Assembly: GCA_947457565.1 (NCBI GenBank)
Contig: CANGWH010000002.1
Span: 12,175 to 76,174, forward strand
DNA from: Flavobacteriales bacterium
Lineage (GTDB): Bacteria > Bacteroidota > Bacteroidia > NS11-12g > UBA955
Length of the DNA stretch: 64,000 nucleotides
Direction of reading: 5' to 3'
Each line of letters starts with the position of its first letter. Positions within the stretch are counted from its first letter, which is position 1. Below the pieces are notes generated by a model. The model was given only the letters and a program-made list of their open reading frames with translations. It was not told where the DNA came from and ran no database searches. The position numbers and the translations under genes are program-made. Below are positions 9,648 to 19,970 of this stretch, in pieces.

Positions 9648-10394
9648 ATGGCTACAAGTTCAAACCAGATTAGCAAATTTGAAATAACAGCCTACGAAGA
9701 TGTTGATTGCACCAAAGCAGTTTCGCCTACATCTCAATCCAGCAAAGCCTTCGATTCAAGTAAATTAAAATATATATTTCCGTTTATTTCAAGTACGTTA
9801 AATCTTGAAAATACGCATACTTATAATTCCCAACAACCCATTGGTTTTTCTGGCGTTGATCCCAAATTTAAAAGTATAAAACCAAAGAATTTAAAACTAG
9901 ATCTGATTATTGATCCAGGTATAGAGCCTGATTATTCCTATTCTATGAATGAGGGAATGCCTATTAAAGAAGGGTTCATGACATTAACGGATAGGTTGGA
10001 ACTTTTCGAAAAACTGGTTGGATATAATTCTTCCACTCATAGACCCAATTATTTAGTACTATCTTGGGGTAGTAATTTTAGCATGAAAGCTACGCTTTCT
10101 TCCTATTCCATTGCCTATGACCGCTTTAACGCCAAAGGAGAACCTACAAAAGCAACCATTAAAGCTAATTTCCAGGAAGTAATTTCTTCAAAAAAAATGT
10201 TATCTGAACAAGATAGACAATCACCGGATGTTAGTCATTCCTTTGAAATAGAAGAAGGCGAGAATTTAATTCAACTCTGTGAACGTGTTTATGGAGACTC
10301 TAAATTCTATTTGCAAATAGCAAAAATTAATGGGTTAACATCCATTAGAAACTTACCCGTGGGAACTCGATTATATTTCCCTCCATTAAAATAA
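9648..10394 (+). CDS. Tube-initiator or baseplate hub protein with a C-terminal LysM domain (Afp7/Pvc7-like, T4 gp53-like)
   Basis: The C-terminal roughly 45 aa form a LysM fold (NLIQLCERVYGDSKFYLQIAKINGLTSIRNLPVGTRLYFP). Size and position match Afp7. Confidence 0.7.
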   Translation: MATSSNQISKFEITAYEDVDCTKAVSPTSQSSKAFDSSKLKYIFPFISSTLNLENTHTYNSQQPIGFSGVDPKFKSIKPKNLKLDLIIDPGIEPDYSYSMNEGMPIKEGFMTLTDRLELFEKLVGYNSSTHRPNYLVLSWGSNFSMKATLSSYSIAYDRFNAKGEPTKATIKANFQEVISSKKMLSEQDRQSPDVSHSFEIEEGENLIQLCERVYGDSKFYLQIAKINGLTSIRNLPVGTRLYFPPLK

Positions 10395-10400
10395 CTTACT

Positions 10401-12161
10401 ATGTCTTCCACCAAAGATCCAAGCACGGTTAGTTTCGAATTGTCCATTAACGGGGCAACATCCAAATTATCACCTCACATTCTTAAAATTCAAATCAATA
10501 AGAACATTGGTAAAATTTCAAGGGCAAAAGTAGTTATCCACGATGGCGATAGTTCTAAAGAAAAATTTGAGCTAATAGAGACAAATACCCCTAAAATCGG
10601 CGATACCGTAGAAATAAAAATAGGGGGCGATCCAACTTCTTTAAAATCCGTTTATAAAGGTGTAGTAAGCGGGTTAAGTGCCGAAGTTAGTAACTTTAAT
10701 CAACACGTTACTATTGATTGCGTGGATAAAGCTTTTCAAATGACGAAAGGTAGAAATACCTCTATTTTTCTAAAGAAAAAAGACGATGCAATTATAAAAG
10801 AAATTATAGGAAACTATGCAGGTATTACCGTTTCTGCAGATACAACAACAACCGAACATGAAAAATTAATTCAATACGGGGTGACGGATTGGGACTTTAT
10901 GTTAATGCGAGCAGAGGCAAATGGGCTTTTGGTAAGCAACTCAGATAACGAAATTGCTGTTAAGAAACCAAAATTAACGGAGGCAGCGAAACACACATAC
11001 AGCAATGGCACAAACATTCTAAATGTTCAAATTCAAGCCACCGGTGAGCCTGCGATTAGCTCAATGAGCATACAACATTGGGATTACGATTCCGGTGGAG
11101 TAAAGACAGGAAAGAGCGATGCAACAGATAAACCCAACTATCCAAGCTTGGTAACTGCAGATAGTGTTACAGCCTTTCAAAAGCCGAAAGAAGCAATAAA
11201 CGTTTATACCGCTGGCATCCACAAAGAAAACGCATTAAAGGGTATTGTAAACAACAAGGTTGTTCGATCCATGATTGCAACAGTTCGTGGTCAAGCAACA
11301 GTTTTTGGTGATTCTACCGTTAAACTCTGTGAAATAGTAGAACTTAAAGGCTTGGGGAAATTTAGTGGGAAGTTTTTTTGCAGTGGTATTGAACACAATA
11401 TGTCTGACGGAATTTTTTCTACTACAATACTTTTCGGGATAGACGATAAATCTTTATGGGAAAGAGACCCTAGTATTTTTCAAGAATCTGTAGGAAGTAC
11501 AATCTCTCCCGTTTACGGTTTACACTTGGGAACTGTAGTTAAATTAGATGGCGATCCAAACAGCCAGTTACGGATACAAATTAAACTTCCTATGTTCGGA
11601 TCTGATGCCTTAGTTTGGGCTCGACTCACCTTCCCTGACGCAGGAAAAAACCGAGGCATTTTCTTTGTTCCAGAAAAAGATGATGAAGTGGTGGTTTCTT
11701 TCTTAGATGGCGACCCAACCCAGCCCATAATTTTAGGAACATTGTATAATAAAAAAAGTACTGTACCAAAAACTTGGGATGCCAAAAACAATATTCGTAA
11801 AATCGTTTCAAAGAATAAAGTAGAAATTGAATTTGATGATGAAAAGAAAAATCTTACGCTAAAAACACCGGGTGGAAATTCAATTTTAATGGACGATGCA
11901 AAAGGTATTACCATTAAAGATAAAAATGGGAATAGCATCGAACTAGGCAGTTCAGGAATCACCATTAAATCTGCCAAAGACGCAACACTCAAAGCCTCTA
12001 AAAATGTAACCGTTCAAGGCGATGCAGGAGCAGTAACGATAAGTGGATTAGACGTAACCGCGGATGCTAAAAAAGCACTAAAAGTGGCGGGAAAAGCAAC
12101 TGCTGAAATAAGTGCCGCTGGAATACTGACAGTTAAAGGGGCGATGGTAAAAATTAATTGA
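10401..12161 (+). CDS. VgrG/gp27-gp5-like central spike protein (Afp8/Pvc8-like)
   Basis: This 586-aa protein has a gp5 OB-fold region (FGSDALVWARLTFPDAGKNRGIFFVPEKDDEVVVSFLDGDPTQPIILGTLYN) and C-terminal beta-helical repeats. Confidence 0.85.
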   Translation: MSSTKDPSTVSFELSINGATSKLSPHILKIQINKNIGKISRAKVVIHDGDSSKEKFELIETNTPKIGDTVEIKIGGDPTSLKSVYKGVVSGLSAEVSNFNQHVTIDCVDKAFQMTKGRNTSIFLKKKDDAIIKEIIGNYAGITVSADTTTTEHEKLIQYGVTDWDFMLMRAEANGLLVSNSDNEIAVKKPKLTEAAKHTYSNGTNILNVQIQATGEPAISSMSIQHWDYDSGGVKTGKSDATDKPNYPSLVTADSVTAFQKPKEAINVYTAGIHKENALKGIVNNKVVRSMIATVRGQATVFGDSTVKLCEIVELKGLGKFSGKFFCSGIEHNMSDGIFSTTILFGIDDKSLWERDPSIFQESVGSTISPVYGLHLGTVVKLDGDPNSQLRIQIKLPMFGSDALVWARLTFPDAGKNRGIFFVPEKDDEVVVSFLDGDPTQPIILGTLYNKKSTVPKTWDAKNNIRKIVSKNKVEIEFDDEKKNLTLKTPGGNSILMDDAKGITIKDKNGNSIELGSSGITIKSAKDATLKASKNVTVQGDAGAVTISGLDVTADAKKALKVAGKATAEISAAGILTVKGAMVKIN

Positions 12162-12174
12162 TTATTTTCGCGAT

Positions 12175-12474
12175 ATGCCTCCTGCAGCTAGAGTAACAGA
12201 CATGCACATGTGCCCAATGCAAACACCGGGTATAGTTCCTATTCCACATGTAGGAGGACCCATTGTTGGACCCGGCGCATCCAAAGTATTGATCGGAGGG
12301 CTTCCTGCAGCTTTAATGGGTGACAACTGCGTTTGTGTGGGTCCACCCGATAAAATAGTAAAAGGTTCTGCTACCGTATTAATTCAAGGGAAACCCGCTG
12401 CGAGGATGGGCGATACAACGGCTCACGGTGGTACGGTTATGAGCCTTTGCCCAACAGTTATGATTGGAGGATAA
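12175..12474 (+). CDS. PAAR-domain spike tip protein (Afp10-like)
   Basis: A 99-aa Gly/Pro-rich protein with the PAAR pattern (RVTDMHMCP...GGP...AARMGDTTAHGGTV). Confidence 0.85.
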   Translation: MPPAARVTDMHMCPMQTPGIVPIPHVGGPIVGPGASKVLIGGLPAALMGDNCVCVGPPDKIVKGSATVLIQGKPAARMGDTTAHGGTVMSLCPTVMIGG

Positions 12475-12475
12475 T

Positions 12476-12889
12476 ATGATTAGTGAATCAGAAAAAAATA
12501 ATTTCATTGGAACCGGAATACAATTTCCAATAAAAATCAATCCAAGTACTGGGAAAATTGAAACTGCACAAGGTAAAAATCTAATTGAACAAAGTATTAA
12601 ATTATTACTAAGCACTAAGCCCGGTGAACGATTATACCATAGTAATTATGGAATTGATTTAACCCCATTATTATTCGAAATTCCTAACGATAGCACATTA
12701 AAAGAAATTGAAGAGCGAATAAAAGATAGCATCGTTTTGTTCTTGCCAATGATCATTGTTGATTCTGTTGATTTTGAAATCAATGCATTGGAAGGGTTAA
12801 TTTACATTCAAATTGGATATATAGTAAAAGCCACAAACGCTCGAGCGAATTATGTTTATCCTTTCTACATCAAAGAAGCTAATCAATAA
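12476..12889 (+). CDS. gp25-like baseplate wedge protein (GPW/gp25 lysozyme-like fold, Afp9-like)
   Basis: It has the GPW_gp25 motif (G.GIQFPIKINPSTGKIETAQGKNLIEQSIKLLLSTKPGERL) and is about 137 aa from the internal ATG at 12476. Confidence 0.8.
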   Translation: MISESEKNNFIGTGIQFPIKINPSTGKIETAQGKNLIEQSIKLLLSTKPGERLYHSNYGIDLTPLLFEIPNDSTLKEIEERIKDSIVLFLPMIIVDSVDFEINALEGLIYIQIGYIVKATNARANYVYPFYIKEANQ

Positions 12890-12895
12890 TAGGCA

Positions 12896-15800
12896 TTGAA
12901 CCGCGATAGAAACTATAGTAGATACGAAATTCAAGACGTCAATGAATTAGAATTTAGCACCTTACTAAATAGTGCAACCCTATTTCAGAAAACAACGAAA
13001 GAGAATATTGTTACCGCAATTTTGGCTTTATCAAAACAAATCCAATTTTACAATTACAACGGTGAAACTGACGGTGATTTAAAACGATTTTTTGCTAGTA
13101 GTTTACCATTAATACTACTGCACACAACCGGCGAATCCATTTCTCAAAACATTAGAGATGCCAAAGATCTAGGTATTCAAATTGAACGATTACGATTAAA
13201 AGGAAATGATATAAATAGAAAATTACGAAGTGATTTGACTCAATTAATACGCGTTCAGTTAGAGAACTTAGAATTATTGAAAAATTCAGCATTTAGTGAA
13301 CAAAAATTCATTGAAGAACTTCTACCGTCTTTTCAATCACTTTCAAAATTATACCTTGATTTTTTTAATAATTGTATTAGTGATGGTTTAATTCCCTTAA
13401 ACAGAAAAGTTAAGCAACAATTTTACAATTTACTGCCTGCTCCAGTCTTTAACTCACAAATATCTTCGGAACATTGGTCGGTACAATTACTTCAATACAC
13501 TAATATTCTTGATGAAATAGATTTATTATGGAAATCTATACAATCAGAATCAAAAATTTTACTACAAAATATCATTAAGGATCAAAGTATTGATCCAATC
13601 TCTTCTCTAGCTTTTGTTTTAGGTGATTTATTAGAGGAAATTGGCAAAACAAATACAGATACCATTGATAAGTCTATCGCTGATTATTTTTTTAAAACCG
13701 TTGCTAAAATTGCTCCTTTTGAAACCGTATCAGACACCCTATACGCTCAGTTTGAAGCAATTCCCAACGATGAAATCAAAACAATCCCTGAAGGTTTAAA
13801 ATTCAAAGCTCTAATATCTCCTGAAATAGATGATTTCAATGTAGAATTAACCTGCGCTGAAAATACACCTATCAATAATCAGGAAATTATTAATCGTAAA
13901 ATTGTGAATTTCAGTTGGGACCAAATCAATACTGAAATAACAGATCAAGTAATACAAATAAGATCAACCCCACCCACTCGATACCAACTTGAAAAATTAA
14001 AGGCTCAATTTACAAATCTAAAATCTCCATTTTATTTTACTGTTTCTAGTCCATTATTATCCGTCGATGGAAACACCGTTAAATGGAAAATTTCCTTAGA
14101 ATTTTCAACATTGAACCTGTTAACAATACTTGAAAATTCATTTGACAAAAATCCTGATCTAAAACGTAGTTACGACAATCTTTCAATTGAGGATATTTTT
14201 ACAAGCTGGATAGACAACGGTTTTCTTCTGTCGTATCAATCCACAGAATCGATTGTAGAATTATCAACAGATAGGATATTTTTCACAGCCCAAAAAACAC
14301 TAGAGCAAAATTATGAATTTTGTTGGTCTTTGATGCTTGATAGTGATGACCCACTGCCCGTAGCGAATCCGGATGGTAACGTTCAGTTAACCTTTAATTT
14401 CATAAACGACTACTTATTCCTTTATCCATTATTTTCCAATTTAAAACCCAATACACTATCAATTGAAACAAGTGTACTTGATGTAACCAATTTAGAATTG
14501 TTTAATGACTTTGGGAAATTAGATACTACAACACCCTTTAATCCTTTTGGTACAAGGCCAGAAATTGGGTCAAAGTTTTACGTAGGACACCCATTGCTAT
14601 TTTCTAATGCACTAACTAATTTAAAAATAAATTGGCAATGGTATGGCCTACCGGACACTAACGGTGGATTTAAAGAACATTACAATAATTACGATTTAAT
14701 TGAATCAAACGAAGATTTCCTAGTTTCCATTTCAAGTTTACAAGGAGGCACTTGGTATCCAGAAACCGATAAACAAGTACTGCCTTTATTTACTACAACA
14801 ACAATAACCGAGAACACAGAAGATAAAGCAATTTCAAATATTCGCAGAATGAATGAAATCAATCTTCAACACCTCAACCTAGATAAAACTCATCGTAATT
14901 TCGAACAACTAAAAGAACCAAATAAAAGTAAATTTGGTTATTTAGCCTTTGAATTATTTTCACCTGCCGGTGCTTTCGGGCACAGTCGTTTCAATGACTT
15001 GGTTCAACGGAATATGAACAATAAGAAACCGGCAACAGTACAAGAGCCCTACACGCCATTAGTTACTGGAATTTCGGTTGAAGCAGTAATGCATGAAATT
15101 GTTGCTGAGGATTTAATCAACACAAGAATTTCCTGCTTTGGTGTTGAAGAATTAATAATGAATCAAGAAATCATCTCTTCTTATTCGTTAATGCCACGAA
15201 CGAATTACCAATCCGCTATGTATCTGGAATTTTCCAATTTTGACGATGGTAAGGCAAGTTTATACTTTCAATTACCAGAGAGATTTAATGGCATTCAAAG
15301 TAAATCCAAGAAGCAATGGTATCAATGGGAGAATAAAAAATGGAATGAAGTTGAAACAGCAAACATAGTAAGGGATGAGACACTTGCATTTGAATGTTCA
15401 GGCCAAATTTTAATCAATGAACTAATTGAAAACGAACCCTATATTAATAACTGGCTTAAAGTTACATCCTTTTCAGACAATGTTTTAACCAGGGTTAATC
15501 AGGTTTTAACGCAAACAGTAAAATTCAATATCAACGGGAGTGAAAGCCCAGCTCATGACTTAGAAATTACCGGAATTGAGATCCCTGATGAATTTTCTCT
15601 CGCTATTGGTGAAGTGAAACCAATTCATCAACAATCAATAAAAGCATTGCCCAATTTAGGCTATAAAAACGGCCCCTATTCGTTCCAATTTAAAACTCAA
15701 AATCGAATTGCCGATTTACAAGATTTGAAGCAATTTTTATTGTTAAAATTTCCAAAAATTCAGGAAGTACTTATCATTTCACATAAAGACAACCAAGATG

Positions 15801-16498
15801 CTAACGTACCTGGTTTAGTTCGTGCCATTTTAATTCCTCGATCAAAAAGTGATAGTTTATCGATAGCAAACTGGCCAAAATTCTCCACGTTAGAATTAAA
15901 ACAAATACAACATTTTTTAAACGACCATTCGGTTGTTGGCTGTCAGTATTCCGTTGAAAACCCTATTTATGAAGAAATTGTATTAAAAGGCAATATTGTT
16001 ATCAAAGCAGGGGTGGATAAAAACGAAGCTTCGTTAACCATTAATCAAGCTGTGTTAAAAGGATTTTTAGACTTTACAGGGATACAAAAAAAAGGATTCA
16101 GCTTTGGAAAAAGTATTTATACATCGAAGATTCTGAGTATTATTCGAAATTTACCATTTATTCAATCGGTAACAAACTTTGCCTGTTATACACGATTCGA
16201 TAATGAATTGTTGCTACCGGAGAATTTTAATAGTTTAAATTATCGGGTTGAACCGTCTAATATTAATCACATTTTAATTCCATCGTCGCAGCATTTTCTT
16301 GAAATTAAAGAATCAAACAAGACCCTTAGCGATGGCATTGGGGTATCGAATATGGCTCTTGAAACAGATTTCGTTATTGACAAATCAAGATACCTGCAGA
16401 AAAATTTGGGAATCGGAAGTCGAAAATTAGGAATAAATTTGCAAATTAATGGGGATTTTGACACTGAAAATCATGCAATCACGGAATTATTTCTTTAA
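12896..16498 (+). CDS. Large baseplate J (T4 gp6)-like protein (Afp11/Pvc11-like), 1200 aa, TTG start
   Basis: The size and its position immediately after gp25 match the invariant gp25-gp6 synteny of contractile systems. There is no in-frame ATG for more than 60 codons, so the start is TTG at 12896, 3 nt after tandem TAA-TAG stops. Confidence 0.5.
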   Translation: MNRDRNYSRYEIQDVNELEFSTLLNSATLFQKTTKENIVTAILALSKQIQFYNYNGETDGDLKRFFASSLPLILLHTTGESISQNIRDAKDLGIQIERLRLKGNDINRKLRSDLTQLIRVQLENLELLKNSAFSEQKFIEELLPSFQSLSKLYLDFFNNCISDGLIPLNRKVKQQFYNLLPAPVFNSQISSEHWSVQLLQYTNILDEIDLLWKSIQSESKILLQNIIKDQSIDPISSLAFVLGDLLEEIGKTNTDTIDKSIADYFFKTVAKIAPFETVSDTLYAQFEAIPNDEIKTIPEGLKFKALISPEIDDFNVELTCAENTPINNQEIINRKIVNFSWDQINTEITDQVIQIRSTPPTRYQLEKLKAQFTNLKSPFYFTVSSPLLSVDGNTVKWKISLEFSTLNLLTILENSFDKNPDLKRSYDNLSIEDIFTSWIDNGFLLSYQSTESIVELSTDRIFFTAQKTLEQNYEFCWSLMLDSDDPLPVANPDGNVQLTFNFINDYLFLYPLFSNLKPNTLSIETSVLDVTNLELFNDFGKLDTTTPFNPFGTRPEIGSKFYVGHPLLFSNALTNLKINWQWYGLPDTNGGFKEHYNNYDLIESNEDFLVSISSLQGGTWYPETDKQVLPLFTTTTITENTEDKAISNIRRMNEINLQHLNLDKTHRNFEQLKEPNKSKFGYLAFELFSPAGAFGHSRFNDLVQRNMNNKKPATVQEPYTPLVTGISVEAVMHEIVAEDLINTRISCFGVEELIMNQEIISSYSLMPRTNYQSAMYLEFSNFDDGKASLYFQLPERFNGIQSKSKKQWYQWENKKWNEVETANIVRDETLAFECSGQILINELIENEPYINNWLKVTSFSDNVLTRVNQVLTQTVKFNINGSESPAHDLEITGIEIPDEFSLAIGEVKPIHQQSIKALPNLGYKNGPYSFQFKTQNRIADLQDLKQFLLLKFPKIQEVLIISHKDNQDANVPGLVRAILIPRSKSDSLSIANWPKFSTLELKQIQHFLNDHSVVGCQYSVENPIYEEIVLKGNIVIKAGVDKNEASLTINQAVLKGFLDFTGIQKKGFSFGKSIYTSKILSIIRNLPFIQSVTNFACYTRFDNELLLPENFNSLNYRVEPSNINHILIPSSQHFLEIKESNKTLSDGIGVSNMALETDFVIDKSRYLQKNLGIGSRKLGINLQINGDFDTENHAITELFL

Positions 16499-16512
16499 TA
16501 TTACACGATAAA

Positions 16513-17217
16513 ATGGGGTCACGTAAACGTTCAGAATTAAAAAACTATTTTATTAAGGGAAGAATCCCAAAAGAAGAGGATTTTCAAGATTTAATTGATT
16601 CTACCGTCAACTTAATGGACGATAGAATTGACGTGGATGAAGATAATGGTTTGTTGCTTGAACAGAAAGAGAATAACGCCGTTGTAACCATTAGAAAAAG
16701 TATAGATAATGAAGACTCTTTTTGGAGAATAGAATTAGACGAAACGGATAATGATAGTTATCTACAGTTTAAGCATAACCAAAACGATATACCCATTGTA
16801 AGCTTATCGAAAAACGGCAATGTGGGTATCGGTATTGAAAAACCAATTCACAAACTTGACGTAGACGGGTTGATTGGATATCATGGTAGACTTGGTTATT
16901 ATCGATTTGGTGAAGTAAGTGCTGATGGCCAATGGCATAATATAATTGAAGGCATCTCTTCCCCTATGGCTGTTGAAGTTATAGCAAATTGTGGAGAAAA
17001 GGGAGCACATGCAATTACGCATGCTATTGCTGTTTGCACCTTTGGAAATAGTAAGGGTGGAATTCAAGCTACCCAAAATTATTTTGGCAGATCTAGAAAT
17101 AAAATTGAAGTTCGATGGTTTGGCGATTACTTCAATTATTCGTTGCAAATTAAAACCGGACGAGCATTTTCAAGGGAAACTAAAATAAAATATCATGTAG
17201 CTCTATTATGGGAATAA
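16513..17217 (+). CDS. Hypothetical protein (injection-system lineage-specific; fibre, adaptor or cargo candidate)
   Basis: A 234-aa ORF in tight operon context with no recognisable motifs. Confidence 0.45.
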   Translation: MGSRKRSELKNYFIKGRIPKEEDFQDLIDSTVNLMDDRIDVDEDNGLLLEQKENNAVVTIRKSIDNEDSFWRIELDETDNDSYLQFKHNQNDIPIVSLSKNGNVGIGIEKPIHKLDVDGLIGYHGRLGYYRFGEVSADGQWHNIIEGISSPMAVEVIANCGEKGAHAITHAIAVCTFGNSKGGIQATQNYFGRSRNKIEVRWFGDYFNYSLQIKTGRAFSRETKIKYHVALLWE

Positions 17218-17218
17218 T

Positions 17219-17419
17219 ATGGCATTATCGAAAAATTCAATTATAGAGCTAAATTTAAGTGCACAAGAAATCAATATTATCTTGGATGGTTTGGCTGCAA
17301 TGCCCTACAAAAATGTTTACCATTTAATAGAAAAAATCCACGCTCAAGTTAATACGCAGTCTAATCCTACCCATATAGGTAACCAAGATCCCAATTTTAC
17401 AAAAAAGTCCTCTCAGTAA
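17219..17419 (+). CDS. Hypothetical small protein
   Basis: A 66-aa ORF that fills the gap between operon genes exactly (1 nt after the previous stop). Confidence 0.35.
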   Translation: MALSKNSIIELNLSAQEINIILDGLAAMPYKNVYHLIEKIHAQVNTQSNPTHIGNQDPNFTKKSSQ

Positions 17420-17432
17420 AAACAAAACTGCA

Positions 17433-19970
17433 ATGAGTGACATTAACCAAAAGTATTCCATTGATGCGGAATTTGAAATTCCCGAGGCTTTCGATATATA
17501 TGCTTTAAGAGATAAAGGAATTAAACTAATTCAACAATACAGTGGTACAAGTTGGACTGATCACAACCTTCATGACCCTGGAATTACCATACTCGAGCAA
17601 ATCTGTTTTGCCATTGCCGATGTAAGTTACCAGACAACGCAAGCTATTGAATCTGCTATTGAATCGAATCAATTTGCGTTTAGTCCCTATTTCAAAATCG
17701 ACTCTACAACACCTTCATTTTATACTTTCGAAGATCTTGCTAAAATCATACAACAAGATGAACGAGTATACAAAGTATTCGTAATTCCCTCCTTAACCTA
17801 CCCCACTGTATCTGGAGTATACGATCTTGTAATTTTTTGTGAACAAGGTGCCAATAGAGAAGATGTAAAAAAATGGGTAAATGAGATTGCCAATCAATGG
17901 AGACCGTTATGTACTAAAATTGAAAGTATTCATTTACCGCCAATAAAACCAATTATTATTGATCTTGAAGTTGAGGTAAATTCAACAGAAAACATACAAG
18001 ATATTCTACAGTCCTATATAGGAGTTATTAAAGATTTTCTTAAAGGCAAAAACAATTCATTTACATTTTTTAACGAACAGATAACAGATCCTATATCTTT
18101 TTCAAAAAAAATAGGAATTCAATTACAAGCCGCTGACTTAGTTGCCGCAATCAATCAAATAAAATTCACTAAAGATATTATAAATATTAAATTAAAAGAT
18201 CCGGAACAAGAGTTTATTTGGACTTTAATTTTCGATATTCCTTATGAATTAACAATTGATCCAAAAAGTAAAATTACCTTTAAATATTCAGGGACTACAA
18301 TTCATGTATGTACAGACAAACAGTTATTCCAATTTGATAAAAAGAACCAATTTAAAAGAAAACAATCCAATTTCAGAGGTAATGACAATTTCAACCGATA
18401 CACCCAATTTTCGTCATTACAAAAAGGATTACCTTCTATTTATAACTTAGAACGCGATTTCAGAGACCCTATAAAAACAGAAGATGCCGGAGCGTTACAG
18501 CTGAAAGGTTTGCTATCGGTATTTGATCTTGTGATTTCTAATTTTATTGGAAAACTAGAAGTAATTTATTCGTTTTTAAATAAAAAACATATAAAATTTG
18601 CTGATTTAGCAGAGGATATGTTACTTAAAATACCCGGTATTGAATGGGTTTGGATTGATTTTATAAATAATTTTGAAGAAGTAAAAGTTACAAAAAGTAA
18701 ACCTCAACGGTATACCTATTGGAAAAACTACCTAAATACTTACAAAGATAAACTCCACGAAATGGTAAGTATGAGTTCACGAGCTGAACTCGACAATATT
18801 GAACAACTAATTTCATCCTATTTGTACCTTTTACAGTTAATGGGATTTAATTTAGAATTAATTGTAAAGCCACTTAAACAGTTAACAGCCCTAGATAGAG
18901 CATTCTATTTAGAACGATTATTGGAATATTGGATAGATAATAAAAATCATAGGATTCATACGCAAAACAACTTCTATCAAACTTCAATTCAGCCAAGCAA
19001 TACCGGTTATAGGGGTTTGATTTCAGCAATATTAAATTTAAACTTTGATACATTCAGCTTTTCTCAAAACATATCAAAAACATGGTCTAAACTAAGTAAA
19101 CCTGAGAATCATGCGTTCAAAATTGAACAAATAAAGTCAATTGCAGATTTATTTATTTATGGTAGAAATGAAAAGAATTATGTTTTGTCAGAAAAATCAG
19201 CTACAATAATTAAATCCCCAGACAATCCTATAGGTTTCATAAACAAATTTATTACCCAAGAGCAAATTGTTGATTTGTGCAGGAAACTTAAAGATATCCA
19301 TGATAAATCAGAAGGTTTTTTGTTATTTGAACATGCATTATTGGCCCCAGAATTAGAAGAATCTGTCTTTGGATTAAATTGTCAAATTGAGCATTCTTTA
19401 TATTTTTACATCGAACCCAATTATACTGTTAGAGATATTTACCGAAAAATATCAGAAATAGAGTCTTCTATAACCAATAACTCCTTTAAAATCATCACAA
19501 AAAATGAAGGTAAAAGGCAATATTGTAATTTTTTAATGATAGATGACACTGAATTTAAAATTGATAAATTTTATGGGGCAGAAAAGGACGGTGTTGAAGA
19601 CGCACAAAGAATAGGTAGAATTATCAGAGATAAAGGAATCAAATTTCATATTATCGATTACCTATATTACAGGTTCGCCAATCAAATTGATCCCTATAGT
19701 TTTACAATTTCACTTTGTTTTCCAAACTGGATTGACAAATTCGCTACAGCATCGCAAATAAATTCGATTTTACAAATTATTGATAAGACTGCCCCTCCAC
19801 ATCTTGTAGTTCAATGCAAATGGTTAAACCCTAAAGAGTTTGAGTTTTTAATGGAGAATTTCAATAAACTTACTAAAGGGAAGAGTATTGACACAGAGAA
19901 AAGTGCGGCAAGAATAAATTTATGTAATTTGCTAATGAAAGATGAAGTCCAACCATCTATTAATTCATGA
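17433..19970 (+). CDS. Large hypothetical protein, possibly an Afp12/Pvc12-like (gp7-like) baseplate component
   Basis: An 845-aa protein placed where Afp12 lies in canonical loci. It has no NTPase motifs and overlaps the downstream giant gene by 29 nt. Confidence 0.35.
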   Translation: MSDINQKYSIDAEFEIPEAFDIYALRDKGIKLIQQYSGTSWTDHNLHDPGITILEQICFAIADVSYQTTQAIESAIESNQFAFSPYFKIDSTTPSFYTFEDLAKIIQQDERVYKVFVIPSLTYPTVSGVYDLVIFCEQGANREDVKKWVNEIANQWRPLCTKIESIHLPPIKPIIIDLEVEVNSTENIQDILQSYIGVIKDFLKGKNNSFTFFNEQITDPISFSKKIGIQLQAADLVAAINQIKFTKDIINIKLKDPEQEFIWTLIFDIPYELTIDPKSKITFKYSGTTIHVCTDKQLFQFDKKNQFKRKQSNFRGNDNFNRYTQFSSLQKGLPSIYNLERDFRDPIKTEDAGALQLKGLLSVFDLVISNFIGKLEVIYSFLNKKHIKFADLAEDMLLKIPGIEWVWIDFINNFEEVKVTKSKPQRYTYWKNYLNTYKDKLHEMVSMSSRAELDNIEQLISSYLYLLQLMGFNLELIVKPLKQLTALDRAFYLERLLEYWIDNKNHRIHTQNNFYQTSIQPSNTGYRGLISAILNLNFDTFSFSQNISKTWSKLSKPENHAFKIEQIKSIADLFIYGRNEKNYVLSEKSATIIKSPDNPIGFINKFITQEQIVDLCRKLKDIHDKSEGFLLFEHALLAPELEESVFGLNCQIEHSLYFYIEPNYTVRDIYRKISEIESSITNNSFKIITKNEGKRQYCNFLMIDDTEFKIDKFYGAEKDGVEDAQRIGRIIRDKGIKFHIIDYLYYRFANQIDPYSFTISLCFPNWIDKFATASQINSILQIIDKTAPPHLVVQCKWLNPKEFEFLMENFNKLTKGKSIDTEKSAARINLCNLLMKDEVQPSINS

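Noticed and set aside
11513-11992. 159-aa and 61-aa minus-strand ORFs inside the VgrG-like gene
   Set aside because: They are embedded antisense to a gene with strong domain evidence.
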